Origin: Caldisericia bacterium
Lineage (GTDB): Bacteria > Caldisericota > Caldisericia > JAAYUI01
NCBI GenBank assembly: GCA_963674785.1
Contig: OY771555.1
Location: forward strand, 1,600,001 to 1,664,000
Direction of reading: 5' to 3'
DNA: 64,000 nt
The notes below the pieces were generated by a model. It was given only the letters and a program-made list of their open reading frames with translations, did no database searches and was not told where the DNA came from. The number at the start of each line of letters is the position of its first letter. The first letter of the stretch is position 1. Both the position numbers and the translations under genes were made by a program. Below are positions 20,038-29,938 of the stretch, piece by piece.

Positions 20038-21988
20038 GTTATTTGTAATCATCTTCCTTGTGGTAATTCTCTCTTTTGGTTCTTCAGTTTTTGGTGCAGA
20101 CTGGTTAACCTTCAAAGGTGGTCTTACCAGAACATCTCTTACAAACGAGATAATAGTACCACCGATCAGGAAGGTTGAATGGACTATTAACACAGGATTT
20201 CCTATTTCCATGTCTCCAGTATCAAAGGGTGACTTCGTTTACTTCGGTACTGAGGGTGGAACAACAGACAGTACTTTTTATTGTTTACTTAAGGGAAAAA
20301 AGATATGGGAATTCCCAAATGACAAACTAAGAAGTTTTACAGATAAGAGAACTGGTGAGAAGCCTTGGCCCAATGGGGCTATGGATTTTGATAGAACATC
20401 CTTGAAGATCTCGCCAACTATATATGAAAAAAAGGTTTATCTTCCGTGGGGTTCGATGTTATTGATTCTGAATTATGAGTCGGGGAACTTGATTGATTAT
20501 TTAGACTTGAAAGACTTTGGTCATACTGGATCAATAAACACCTCACCATTGATTCATAGCAACCATAAACTCATTATTTGTGGGTCTACAAATGGCTACC
20601 TTTATGGATTTGATATTGAACTCAGAGAGCCACTTATAAGATGGAGGATTCCAGAGGGATCAGGTACTGGTGGCACAATAAGCTCTTCAGTTGCATACTA
20701 CAACAGACAGATATTTTTTGGCTCGACTTCAAAGATGTTTTATTCATATGAATTGACCTATGCGGGTTCAGATGGAGTAAAAGCAGGAGCCTTGCCGACA
20801 AAGAATTGGGAAGTGAAACTCGATGGTCAGATATCCCAAACTCCAGCTGTTGTAGGGTCGAAGGTTGTTATTACAACAAGGGATGGGTATGTCTATTGTA
20901 TTTCGACATCCACAGGAGATATTATCTGGCAAAAAAATACTGCCAGCCGTATTGATGCATCCCCTGTGATAAGTGGTAGTTATGTAATAATTGTGGCAGG
21001 AAAGAATATTAAGTGTTTTAATATTGAGGATGGCTCCCAAAAGTGGAGTAGTGCACTTGGTGAGATGTGTTATGGTACACCTGCGGCAAATAGCCAATAT
21101 GCATATGTAACATGCAATGATGGTAAATTTTATGTTTACCAGCTATCGAATGGTTTTAAGGCATGTACTAAGAAAATTGGCTCTCCAATAAGGTCGTCGC
21201 CTTGTGTTTCGAACAATAGGATTATGTTTGGTGCCCAGAACGGCATTTTTTATGCTTTAGTCACCGGTGATGAACCAGCAAAAGTCCAATGTAGCAAGTC
21301 TGAGATTGATATTCCGATTATTTATAATGACGAAACTCTTGAGTATAAAGCGTTTTTTGTTGATAATGTTGGCGGAGAGACTCTCACAGGATCAGTATCG
21401 TTTTCAAGGAAATGGGTTACAACGACTAATTCGTCATTCAATATTTCGTCAGATGATGGGCAGCAGATCCTAATCAGATTTGATGCGAATGGTCAGGTTG
21501 AAGGCAAGTATAAAATCATGATGAAGGTCGATACCAATGGTGGTGAGGTAAATATTCCAATAACGGTTAATATTGTTAAAAGACCTGATACAATAATTAA
21601 TCTTATGTTGGGAAGCCAGTCTATAAATATCAATGGGCAGCCCATTATGATTGAAGCAGCCCCATGGAAAACAGATTCCGGAACTGTAATGGCTCCATTG
21701 AGGGTTATCACTGAAGCTTTTGGGTGCAATGTTTCATGGCAAGCTGAGACAAGGTCTGTTAAACTTATTTATGCCAAAAAGGATATTGAGATAACAGTAA
21801 GAATTGGGAATCAAGTTGCTTATATTGAGTACAGTAACGGTCTGAAATCCCCACAAATTATGCCTCACCCTCCAGAGATTGTCGAAAACAGAACATTTGT
21901 TCCTCTTGAATTTATTTCAAGAGCGTTTGATGCAGAGATTACAAACCTTGGGTCGGGTAACTATATGATCCGTGTAAGGCATAATTAA
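20012..21988 (+). CDS. secreted PQQ-like beta-propeller protein with BACON/Ig-like and stalk domain
   Basis: Signal peptide, W.TF.G...R, repeated SSP/G..Y....TG...W blades, C-terminal M.PLR.I.EAFG..V.W. Confidence 0.8.
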   Translation: MVGYNRFNRLFVIIFLVVILSFGSSVFGADWLTFKGGLTRTSLTNEIIVPPIRKVEWTINTGFPISMSPVSKGDFVYFGTEGGTTDSTFYCLLKGKKIWEFPNDKLRSFTDKRTGEKPWPNGAMDFDRTSLKISPTIYEKKVYLPWGSMLLILNYESGNLIDYLDLKDFGHTGSINTSPLIHSNHKLIICGSTNGYLYGFDIELREPLIRWRIPEGSGTGGTISSSVAYYNRQIFFGSTSKMFYSYELTYAGSDGVKAGALPTKNWEVKLDGQISQTPAVVGSKVVITTRDGYVYCISTSTGDIIWQKNTASRIDASPVISGSYVIIVAGKNIKCFNIEDGSQKWSSALGEMCYGTPAANSQYAYVTCNDGKFYVYQLSNGFKACTKKIGSPIRSSPCVSNNRIMFGAQNGIFYALVTGDEPAKVQCSKSEIDIPIIYNDETLEYKAFFVDNVGGETLTGSVSFSRKWVTTTNSSFNISSDDGQQILIRFDANGQVEGKYKIMMKVDTNGGEVNIPITVNIVKRPDTIINLMLGSQSININGQPIMIEAAPWKTDSGTVMAPLRVITEAFGCNVSWQAETRSVKLIYAKKDIEITVRIGNQVAYIEYSNGLKSPQIMPHPPEIVENRTFVPLEFISRAFDAEITNLGSGNYMIRVRHN

Positions 21989-22017
21989 ATCATTTTTGCA
22001 ACAATCTTTTTTCTTAG

Positions 22018-22794
22018 CTATATTTTATCGTACTTGAAATCAAAGAAATCGATAGCGTTTTGAGTTGTTAGCTCTGCGACCTGACCCAAAGTTTTTCCGA
22101 GCACATTTGCAATTTTAACCGCGGAGTGTCTTATGTATGCAGGCTCATTTCGTTTCCCTCGAAGAGGAACCGGGGTTAAATATGGGCAATCCGTTTCAAG
22201 AAGAATCAGATGTTCAGGCATTGTTTTTAAAACATTATGCAGTTCATCTTTTCTTGGATATGTGATAGTTCCATTGAATGACAGATAATAGTTTTTCTTG
22301 ATAGCCCAGTTTGCAATCAGGGAATCTCCCGAAAAACTGTGAAGGATTACTTTCTTGAGATTGTATTCGTCAAGAATCCTGACTGTTTCGCTCCATGCCT
22401 CTCGACAGTGAATTACAACCGGAAAGTTTTTCTCCTCTGCAATTTTAAGTTGGTCTCTGAAGCATTTTCTTTGATCTTCAGGATTTGAAAGATTTCTGTA
22501 ATAATCAAGTCCAATCTCGCCTATCGCAACAACCTTTTTTTCGCCCATCATCCGAATGATTTTAGCCTTGACTTCCTCTGTCCATTCCTTTGCTCCATGT
22601 GGATGGATGCCTACTGTTGCAAAAATAAATTTGTACTTGTTTGAGAGATTGATGGAGTTCTGAGATGATTTTATGTCGAACCCAACGTTGACAATGTTTA
22701 CCACCTCAGAATCTCTCGCATGTCTAATTATTGTTTCGCTCTCACCTTTAAACTCTTTGAGATCAAGGTGTGCATGAGTGTCTATGAACTGCAT
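22018..22794 (-). CDS. tatD: TatD family deoxyribonuclease
   Basis: DTHAH, GIHP, AIGEIGLDY, IHCREA, HSFSG, ETDCPYL.P.P.RGKRNEP. Confidence 0.93.
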   Translation of the reverse strand: MQFIDTHAHLDLKEFKGESETIIRHARDSEVVNIVNVGFDIKSSQNSINLSNKYKFIFATVGIHPHGAKEWTEEVKAKIIRMMGEKKVVAIGEIGLDYYRNLSNPEDQRKCFRDQLKIAEEKNFPVVIHCREAWSETVRILDEYNLKKVILHSFSGDSLIANWAIKKNYYLSFNGTITYPRKDELHNVLKTMPEHLILLETDCPYLTPVPLRGKRNEPAYIRHSAVKIANVLGKTLGQVAELTTQNAIDFFDFKYDKI

Positions 22795-24696
22795 TTATCT
22801 TACCTTTGAACCTGGTCTTACTTCCTTTTCAGGTGTCAGAAATGAGACATATTCTTTGCCTGTTGCAGCAAGCAGCATCCCCTCTGACATCACGCCTCGA
22901 AGGTTCGCCGGCTTAAGGTTTGCAACGACACAAACTGATCTCCCGACAAGTTCCTCTGGTTTATACCAGGTTGCAATTCCAGCAACAATCTGTCTTTTTT
23001 CTTTGCCGATGTCGACTTGGAGTTTCAAAAGTTTATCTGAACCTTCGACCCTTTCCGCCTCTAAAATCTTGCCTATTCTGAGTTTGATTTTTGCAAAATC
23101 TTCAATCGAAATAAGATCTTCTTCGGGTTTTGCTTTTTCTTCTGCTTTTTGTGGTTGCAGTTTCTTCTTGTCGATTCGCGGAAACATTGTTTCGGCTTCT
23201 TTGATTTCTTTTGATTGTTTCAGAAGCCCAAGTTTTAGTTCATCAAGCCTTGGTGGGGCATCAAATCCCATGCTAGTAGCCAAGATTTTCGCTGACTCTG
23301 GGATATATGGGGCAATCAGTGAAGATGTGATGAGGATTCCCTCAAGCAGAGAGTAGATAAGGTTTGCGTGTTCTAGAGTCTTTCCAGCTTTTTTCAGTTC
23401 CCATGGTTTGTGGGTCTCGATTAATCCATTAAGGGTATTAACAAAAGTCCAGACCAGCTCCAACACTTTTGAGTATTTGAATTCATCTGTTAGTTTGTGA
23501 TATTCAGGCAGAATCTCATCAAACTTACTTTTCAACTCAGGAAGAATCTCTCCGTCTGGAATTTTTCCCTCGTAGTCTTTTGTCACCATTTTCTGGGTTC
23601 TATTCAGAAGATTCCCAAGGTCATTTGCGAGGTCTGAATTGTATCTTGTGTAGAAGTTTTCTGTAGAAAAATCACCGTCGTCGCCAAAATGGAGCTCTCT
23701 GAAGATGAAGTATCTAAAGGCATCTTTTGCAAGTGGCTCAGAAACTCCAGCCGCCTCAATAAGTCCCTTGACTTCTTCGTGAGGTCGTACGATGTTTCCC
23801 TTTGATTTGCTGACCTTTTCACTGTTTATTGTCCACCAGCCGTGAGCATAGATGTGCTTTGGGAGAGGAAGCCCAAGTGACATAAGCATTGCAGGCCAAA
23901 TCATGCAGTGGAATCTGATGATGTCTTTTCCAACAATGTGAACATCTGCTGGCCAATACTTTTCAAATCTTTCTTTGTCATCTGGGAAGCCAACTCCTGT
24001 GAGATAGTTAACCAGAGCATCGCCCCAGACGTAGATTGTGTGCTTGTCATCAAATGGAACTCTGATTCCCCAATCTTTACCTGTCCTTGAAAAAGAAACG
24101 TCCCTGAGACCCTCTTTTAGTACAGAATAGACCTCATTGTATCTTTTTTTTGGAAGAACAAAGTCTGGATGTTCATCAAAGTACTTCAGAAGTTTGTCGC
24201 GGTAGTTTGAAAGTTTGAAGAAATAGTTTTCTTCACTTACTTTTTCCACTGGTCGACCACAGTCTGGGCAGTTTCCATCTACAAGGTCGCCCTCAGTAAA
24301 GTATGTCTCACAAGGTACACAATAATGACCATCATATGAACCTTTATAAATATCGCCATTTTCATGAAGTCTTTTGAAGACCTCTTGAGCGGATTTTATG
24401 TGTCTTTCTTCGGTTGTCCTGATGAAATCATTGTGTGAGAGTTCGAACTCATTGAAATAATCCTTCCAGGCTGAAGCAAGCTCGTCAACGAAATCCTTTG
24501 TTTTCAAACCCTTTTCAGCCGCTGCCCTTTCAACCTTCGTGGCATTCTCATCAGTACCTGTCAAAAACATTACATCATAACCCATTGAACGCTTGTATCT
24601 TGCGATGATGTCGGCTGACATTGTGCAGTAAACATGCCCAATATGAGCTTTGTCGTTTATGTAGTAAATCGGGGTTGTAACGTAATATTTTTTCAT
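22795..24696 (-). CDS. metG: methionine--tRNA ligase with C-terminal tRNA-binding domain
   Basis: TTPIYY.N..HIGH, GTDE, zinc knuckle, GKDI.RFH...WPA, KVSKS, OB-fold NLKPA.LRG..SEGM. Confidence 0.96.
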   Translation of the reverse strand: MKKYYVTTPIYYINDKAHIGHVYCTMSADIIARYKRSMGYDVMFLTGTDENATKVERAAAEKGLKTKDFVDELASAWKDYFNEFELSHNDFIRTTEERHIKSAQEVFKRLHENGDIYKGSYDGHYCVPCETYFTEGDLVDGNCPDCGRPVEKVSEENYFFKLSNYRDKLLKYFDEHPDFVLPKKRYNEVYSVLKEGLRDVSFSRTGKDWGIRVPFDDKHTIYVWGDALVNYLTGVGFPDDKERFEKYWPADVHIVGKDIIRFHCMIWPAMLMSLGLPLPKHIYAHGWWTINSEKVSKSKGNIVRPHEEVKGLIEAAGVSEPLAKDAFRYFIFRELHFGDDGDFSTENFYTRYNSDLANDLGNLLNRTQKMVTKDYEGKIPDGEILPELKSKFDEILPEYHKLTDEFKYSKVLELVWTFVNTLNGLIETHKPWELKKAGKTLEHANLIYSLLEGILITSSLIAPYIPESAKILATSMGFDAPPRLDELKLGLLKQSKEIKEAETMFPRIDKKKLQPQKAEEKAKPEEDLISIEDFAKIKLRIGKILEAERVEGSDKLLKLQVDIGKEKRQIVAGIATWYKPEELVGRSVCVVANLKPANLRGVMSEGMLLAATGKEYVSFLTPEKEVRPGSKVR

Positions 24697-24767
24697 TTCC
24701 AATTCCTCTTTCTTACTGATTCCCATAGAGTGTATTTGAAATGAGGATTATTTCAATAGATTTGGCG

Positions 24768-27092
24768 TTACCTCCATGGGCAAATGATATCCCATCCTTT
24801 TGGGATGTCATCCTTTGTTGCAACCTGCCATGGAACACCTTTTTCATAACAATCCTTTAGTCCATCCAAAAAGACAGAATCATATGAGTAGAGATGTTCC
24901 GCGCTCTCCAAATCTTTAATATGGTATTGCTGAGCAGCCCTGGTATGACCAAGTGCCTCCATGAGTACTAGTGGTTCATTTTCTATTGCGCCTTGTATCT
25001 GTTTTGCATCAAGGTTTATTGGATTTCTGTATGTGACATCATAGAGATATCCATCTTCACGAACTTCTATACTATGGTGGATGGAGAATCTGTATCCAGC
25101 ACAAGCAGGTTGATCTCTTTCAAAATCCCAGGGAGCACAACCAACAATTTCCTCTGTGAACTGTGGGTATCCTCCATTTATGCCAATGAAATAGCCAAGT
25201 TTATAAGGCAAAGCTTCAGATTCAATCACAATTGCATAAAGAGTATCATCGATACAGGTGTATATCGATAACCAATTCATATCAGTTGTTGCACTGACAC
25301 CATTCGTATTGATGATGATATCTTTGTAACCATCAAGATTGACATCGGCAATACATTCAAATCTGCTCCATGATTCAAGATTCTGGTTGTGCCAATCGGT
25401 TAATTGTTTAATTTCTTCTAGACCTTCAATTGGATCACCTGATGGATCAGAAACATTGTCAAATTTTACGAAACAATATGAGATAAAGTCTTCGCCGTAA
25501 AACGATTTTTTTTCAATAATTGTAAAAACACACCAGATTTTTTCAGAAAGCGGAACAACTGAGAAACCTATTTCAGAATAATCTATAGGTATTGAAGGCA
25601 GTGAACCTTCTGTGGGTAGAGTATATTTGCATGTGCTGTATATGAGTTTTTGAATAGTCATGAGGAAGTTGTCATCTTTGAGCCAATACCCGTCAGGTTC
25701 ATCATCAATTTCCTTGAGTACAAACTTTCCTAGTTCTCTCTCTGGCCAGTAGCTCCCATTCTCATATATATAATTATCTCTTGGTTTATTTGGGTCAATG
25801 GTGTGCATTGTTTGATGCGTAGCGTCGGAACTTCCAAAATTTATTTTGTTTATATCCTCAGTTTCAACAATTTTCTTTGAGTCATACAGATATGAGAATC
25901 TTGCCCAACCCTCTTTTTTGGTTTTAAACTTGAACTTTTTTTCAAGTCTGTCAGAGACATTTGCATAAGACATGTGCTCAAAGTATTTTTCGGTAAAAAG
26001 ATCGGTGACAACTTCTTCATACTCATGTTCAGTTTTATCTCCCAGCTCTTTGTTGTAGATAAAATCAGTTAGGAATGTTGATAACTCCTTTGCAGAGATT
26101 TCCTGAGATACTGTGGATTCATCATCAAAATTTTCAATGGATAGTTCATCTGAAAATGCTCTGATATTTTTTGCCCAAAGACCAATTTGATTTGCATAGA
26201 GGATTTTTATTGTTGGATCAAAAATTTTGTTGTTATCTTGCAGTATTTTCTTCAGTGTTTGTGGGTACTTGTATGAAATATCCTTTATCGTGGGAAGAGA
26301 AAAATCTAACATATGTGGCATGACATAACTTGATCCCAAGACCTCATCTCTTAAATCACCAAGGATGCAATATTTCCCCGCTTCTTTGTCAAGATATGGC
26401 TTTGTGATTGGTATATCAAAAACAAACTGTTGGATTCGATTATCCATTTGAAAATAATTCCAGGTTGGGTGTTCCCCGTTTTCTATCTCATACCCAAAGC
26501 ATGCAATATCTGTTGTATGGTTATTGTTTATATCTACAATTCTGATTGGGTATTTTGCGATGTCATCTCCAGGTTCTGTTTTGTTGATATTGAATGGTGG
26601 ATTGTATGAGACAAAAAAGTTTAGTTCGTCAAAAAAGATTTTTCCATCTGAGACAGTCCACATGATTACCACTTTTGCCCTTTTATACTGTGGGTTTGAA
26701 GGTTGTTCTTTTAGTAATTCTGGGATAAGTAGAATTGCACGATCTTCATGAGTCGCATAGATATATCTATCGAAATCATCTCCTAGTCCCAAGTCTTCTT
26801 TTTTATATTCAAGAAATTTTTTAGCAGCTTTGATTGTGTCTACTTTTGAACCGATAAGGTTTAGAATGCTGGGTTTCGAATCTTCAAGAGTATAGTTTGT
26901 AACTACTCTATCTTTGCAGTGAAAGTCGAGATTTCCTTCAAAAACCCGCGAATCATTTTTCTCGGTTTTGTAGTGAGTTGATAGTATTGAAAATCTTCCT
27001 TTTTTGGTTTCATCAACCCCACATGATAATCCAATTATGACCAATGAAGCTATAAGAAGTATCGCCACTAAAAATGTTATAGGTTTTCTCAT
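24768..27092 (-). CDS. hypothetical lipoprotein
   Basis: AGGAGG RBS then MRKP..., lipobox GLSC; one FG-GAP-like ADVNLDGYKDIII; otherwise unrecognised. Confidence 0.65.
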   Translation of the reverse strand: MRKPITFLVAILLIASLVIIGLSCGVDETKKGRFSILSTHYKTEKNDSRVFEGNLDFHCKDRVVTNYTLEDSKPSILNLIGSKVDTIKAAKKFLEYKKEDLGLGDDFDRYIYATHEDRAILLIPELLKEQPSNPQYKRAKVVIMWTVSDGKIFFDELNFFVSYNPPFNINKTEPGDDIAKYPIRIVDINNNHTTDIACFGYEIENGEHPTWNYFQMDNRIQQFVFDIPITKPYLDKEAGKYCILGDLRDEVLGSSYVMPHMLDFSLPTIKDISYKYPQTLKKILQDNNKIFDPTIKILYANQIGLWAKNIRAFSDELSIENFDDESTVSQEISAKELSTFLTDFIYNKELGDKTEHEYEEVVTDLFTEKYFEHMSYANVSDRLEKKFKFKTKKEGWARFSYLYDSKKIVETEDINKINFGSSDATHQTMHTIDPNKPRDNYIYENGSYWPERELGKFVLKEIDDEPDGYWLKDDNFLMTIQKLIYSTCKYTLPTEGSLPSIPIDYSEIGFSVVPLSEKIWCVFTIIEKKSFYGEDFISYCFVKFDNVSDPSGDPIEGLEEIKQLTDWHNQNLESWSRFECIADVNLDGYKDIIINTNGVSATTDMNWLSIYTCIDDTLYAIVIESEALPYKLGYFIGINGGYPQFTEEIVGCAPWDFERDQPACAGYRFSIHHSIEVREDGYLYDVTYRNPINLDAKQIQGAIENEPLVLMEALGHTRAAQQYHIKDLESAEHLYSYDSVFLDGLKDCYEKGVPWQVATKDDIPKGWDIICPWR

Positions 27093-27185
27093 CTTGCCCT
27101 CCTTTGTCACATTATAATCCGAATTTATTTTGAAAAAACATCACAAAACTAAGTGTGTAAACTTATTGTGAATTTCTGGTAATTT

Positions 27186-27214
27186 TTGACATATACCTCC
27201 CGGGGTATTACAAT
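27186..27214 (+). promoter_or_regulatory. sigma70-type promoter of tspO-like gene
   Basis: TTGACA-17-TACAAT. Confidence 0.6.
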
Positions 27215-27245
27215 TGAGGTAATCATCAAAAAGGAGGCTCAAAAG

Positions 27246-28007
27246 ATGAAAAAGGATTCATTATATTCAATTGGTAATGCGATTGCTTTAGCTACGACTC
27301 TTGTTGTAAATTACATCGCAGCAACTGTTGGAATAAACGGGTTTAAAACTGGAGAGATATCTGATGGAATAAAGAGTTTGTTTACACCTGCTGGGTATGT
27401 CTTCTCAATCTGGGGATTGATTTATATTCTTTTGATTATTTTTGTTATTGCTCAGCTTGTGCCAAAAAGCAGAGATTCAAAAATCTTAGACCGAATTGGC
27501 CCATGGTTTATGCTGAGTTGTGTTTTTAATATTGCCTGGATGTTTGCGTGGCACTACGGTCAAATCTTTCTCTCCCTGCTTATAATAATCTGTTTTTTCC
27601 TGTCTCTTTTGATGATCTATCTTAAGGTTGGAAAACGAGAAAATGATTCTCCTGATAGGAATTGTTTCTTTGTGAGAATTCCTTTTTCTATCTATTTCGG
27701 GTGGTTGTCTGTTGCAGTTGTTGCTAATGTTGCTGCGTTCTTGGTTTCTGCCGGTTGGAACGGATTTGGGATTTCACCTGTTATTTGGACAATTGTGATT
27801 CTGATTATTGCTGCTTCTATCGCTATTGCAAATACGCTAATCAGACAAGATATGCTTTATCCTTTGGTTTTTGTTTGGGCATATGTTGGAATAGCGGTTG
27901 CCAATGCTGGAACCCAGGCGATTATCTTAACAGGCTACATACTTGCTGGATTGATTTTCCTCAGTTCTGTTTTTGCGCTCATTAGAGGTTTGCCTCAAAA
28001 ACGGTAA
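27246..28007 (+). CDS. TspO/MBR-related tryptophan-rich sensory membrane protein
   Basis: TPAGYVFSIWGLIY, N.AW...W, PFSIY.GW..VA...N; AGGAGG RBS before ATG 27246. Confidence 0.85.
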   Translation: MKKDSLYSIGNAIALATTLVVNYIAATVGINGFKTGEISDGIKSLFTPAGYVFSIWGLIYILLIIFVIAQLVPKSRDSKILDRIGPWFMLSCVFNIAWMFAWHYGQIFLSLLIIICFFLSLLMIYLKVGKRENDSPDRNCFFVRIPFSIYFGWLSVAVVANVAAFLVSAGWNGFGISPVIWTIVILIIAASIAIANTLIRQDMLYPLVFVWAYVGIAVANAGTQAIILTGYILAGLIFLSSVFALIRGLPQKR

Positions 28008-28040
28008 AGAGATTGTCAATATCCTTTGGTAGAAAAATAC

Positions 28041-28093
28041 TGTCAACAAGCAGGTTTGTTGACACTTCCAAACCATGATATATACTCCTTCTC
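28041..28093 (+). promoter_or_regulatory. dnaX promoter, probably leaderless, overlapped by an inverted repeat
   Basis: TTGACA (28059)-16-TATACT (28081), GTG 7 nt later with no SD; TGTCAACAA-N6-TTGTTGACA at 28041-28064. Confidence 0.6.
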
Positions 28094-28903
28094 GTGTCAA
28101 ATAAACATGTTTCATTGTATAGAAAATGGCGATCTCAGTCGTTACCAGAGATCATTGGGCAGGAGTTTGCAGTCAAAACTCTCACCAATGCGCTTACAAA
28201 TGGTAAGATTGCTCATGCCTACCTTTTTTCTGGTCCGCGTGGAACGGGAAAAACAAGTTTAGCAAGAATCCTTGCTAAGTCTGTCAATTGCCTGAAAAAT
28301 GGTGTGAGTGTCAATCCTTGCCAGGAGTGTGAAAGCTGTAAGTCGATTACAGACGGTACAAGTCTTGATGTGATGGAGATCGATGCTGCTTCAAACCGCG
28401 GTGTTGATGATATTCGTCAGCTTCGGGAGCGCGTGAAATTCACACCTGTCAAGTCAAGATACAAAGTCTACATCATCGATGAGGTTCACATGCTCACAGG
28501 TGAGGCTTTCAATGCACTCTTGAAAACCCTCGAAGAACCTCCAGAACATGTGATTTTCATTATGGCAACAACAGAACCTCACAAAATTCCAATAACAATT
28601 TTGAGTAGAGTTATGCGTTTTGATTTGAAGCGTATTCCTACAGAACAGCAGATAACACTTTTGAGAAAAATTTCTGATTCTGAAGGTATCGATATTACCG
28701 ATTTGGCTCTCCACAAACTCGCAGTTCAGAGTAACGGTTCACTTCGTGATTCTGAGTCTATGCTTGACCAGATTGCATCGTTTTCGACAGGAAAGATTGA
28801 CGAAGATGAGGTTTCATCGCTTCTTGGGATTATGAGTGAAGAGTTTTTATCAAACCTTCTTCAGAGATTTCTAAGGGTAATGCAAGAGAATCAATTGAAT
28901 TAA
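28094..28903 (+). CDS. dnaX: DNA polymerase III subunit gamma/tau, N-terminal part (frame breaks at about 28860)
   Basis: YRKWR, GPRGTGKTS, zinc CxxCxxC, EIDAASNRG, IDEVHML, LKTLEEPP, GSLRD. Confidence 0.93.
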   Translation: MSNKHVSLYRKWRSQSLPEIIGQEFAVKTLTNALTNGKIAHAYLFSGPRGTGKTSLARILAKSVNCLKNGVSVNPCQECESCKSITDGTSLDVMEIDAASNRGVDDIRQLRERVKFTPVKSRYKVYIIDEVHMLTGEAFNALLKTLEEPPEHVIFIMATTEPHKIPITILSRVMRFDLKRIPTEQQITLLRKISDSEGIDITDLALHKLAVQSNGSLRDSESMLDQIASFSTGKIDEDEVSSLLGIMSEEFLSNLLQRFLRVMQENQLN

Positions 28904-29643
28904 TCAGAGACTCTTATAAAAATGGAAAAGACCCTGGGCAAATCGTAAATGATTTCCTGATCTTCATTCATGTGATGATTCTGAAAAAAATTGGTGTTTC
29001 CACAAAAGAGTTGGTCAGCGAATATGCAATTTCTGAGGATATTATTGATAAAACATCTGATTTTGTAGAGTTTACTAAACTCCGTGATTTGGAAACCTCA
29101 CTTCGAGAGACATCTGCTTCAATGAAATATGCATTCTCTCCGCTTGCAACACTTGAGATGGCAGTAATGGATTTAATCGATATGGTGTCACCCCGGAGTA
29201 AATCTCAATCTGTAAGCCATAACATTGAAAAGCCAGCAGCAGTAAAAACAGAAGGAAAAAGAGAGAAACAACCAGAGCAGGTGATTGAAGAAGATACCAA
29301 AAAAGATATTCAGCAGTCTGAACCCGTGCAGGGTGGAAGTTTTTCAGAAAATCTTAAAAATCTTACAAAGAGACGTGAGATAATTATGTATGCGTTTCTC
29401 TCAAGGGCAGTTTCAATTGAGATGGATGATGGAGTGCTTAAGATAGTGCTTCCATCAAATGCTGAGTTTGAAAAAAACAGACTTCTTGAATCAGAAACTC
29501 AGAAAAAAATCAAAACAATCACCACTGAACTTGGTGTTGATTTAAAATCTATAGATGTAACACTCGAGGATATTGGTGACATAAAACAAGACAAGGACGT
29601 AAAATCAGCAGCAGAATTATTTGGTGCTAAAATTAAGGAGTAA
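28861..29643 (+). CDS. dnaX: DNA polymerase III subunit gamma/tau, C-terminal part in the -1 frame
   Basis: -1 frame open from 28840 gives SEISKGNARESIELIRDSYKNGKDP (domain III-like) and ends AAELFGAKI, typical of tau C-termini. Confidence 0.8.
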   Translation, partial: SEISKGNARESIELIRDSYKNGKDPGQIVNDFLIFIHVMILKKIGVSTKELVSEYAISEDIIDKTSDFVEFTKLRDLETSLRETSASMKYAFSPLATLEMAVMDLIDMVSPRSKSQSVSHNIEKPAAVKTEGKREKQPEQVIEEDTKKDIQQSEPVQGGSFSENLKNLTKRREIIMYAFLSRAVSIEMDDGVLKIVLPSNAEFEKNRLLESETQKKIKTITTELGVDLKSIDVTLEDIGDIKQDKDVKSAAELFGAKIKE

Positions 29644-29647
29644 AATA

Positions 29648-29938
29648 ATGGGACAGATGGATATGATTAAACAGGCAATGGCAATGAGATCACAGATGAA
29701 AGTGATCGACAAGAAGCTTCAGAATATGAGAATTGAAGAAGAGATCGGAAAAGGCGACCAGACAGTAAAAGTCATTGCAAACGGAAGAATGGAAATCATT
29801 GGTCTTTCAATTTCTGATGAAGCAATGGATATGCCAAATGATAAACTTGCAAAACTCATTTTGCAGACTGTAACAAAGGCTCAGTCTGAAGCAAAGAATT
29901 CTGCAGCAAAAATAGCAAGGGATTTGCAACTGGGCTAG
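29648..29938 (+). CDS. ybaB: YbaB/EbfC nucleoid-associated protein
   Basis: MIKQA..M, VKV.ANG..EI..L.I; canonical dnaX-ybaB-recR order. Confidence 0.85.
   Translation: MGQMDMIKQAMAMRSQMKVIDKKLQNMRIEEEIGKGDQTVKVIANGRMEIIGLSISDEAMDMPNDKLAKLILQTVTKAQSEAKNSAAKIARDLQLG

Noticed and set aside
28008-28093. SRP RNA (ffs), often found upstream of dnaX
   Set aside because: No GC-rich hairpin with the CAGG..GGAA..AGCA domain IV pattern; region is occupied by the promoter
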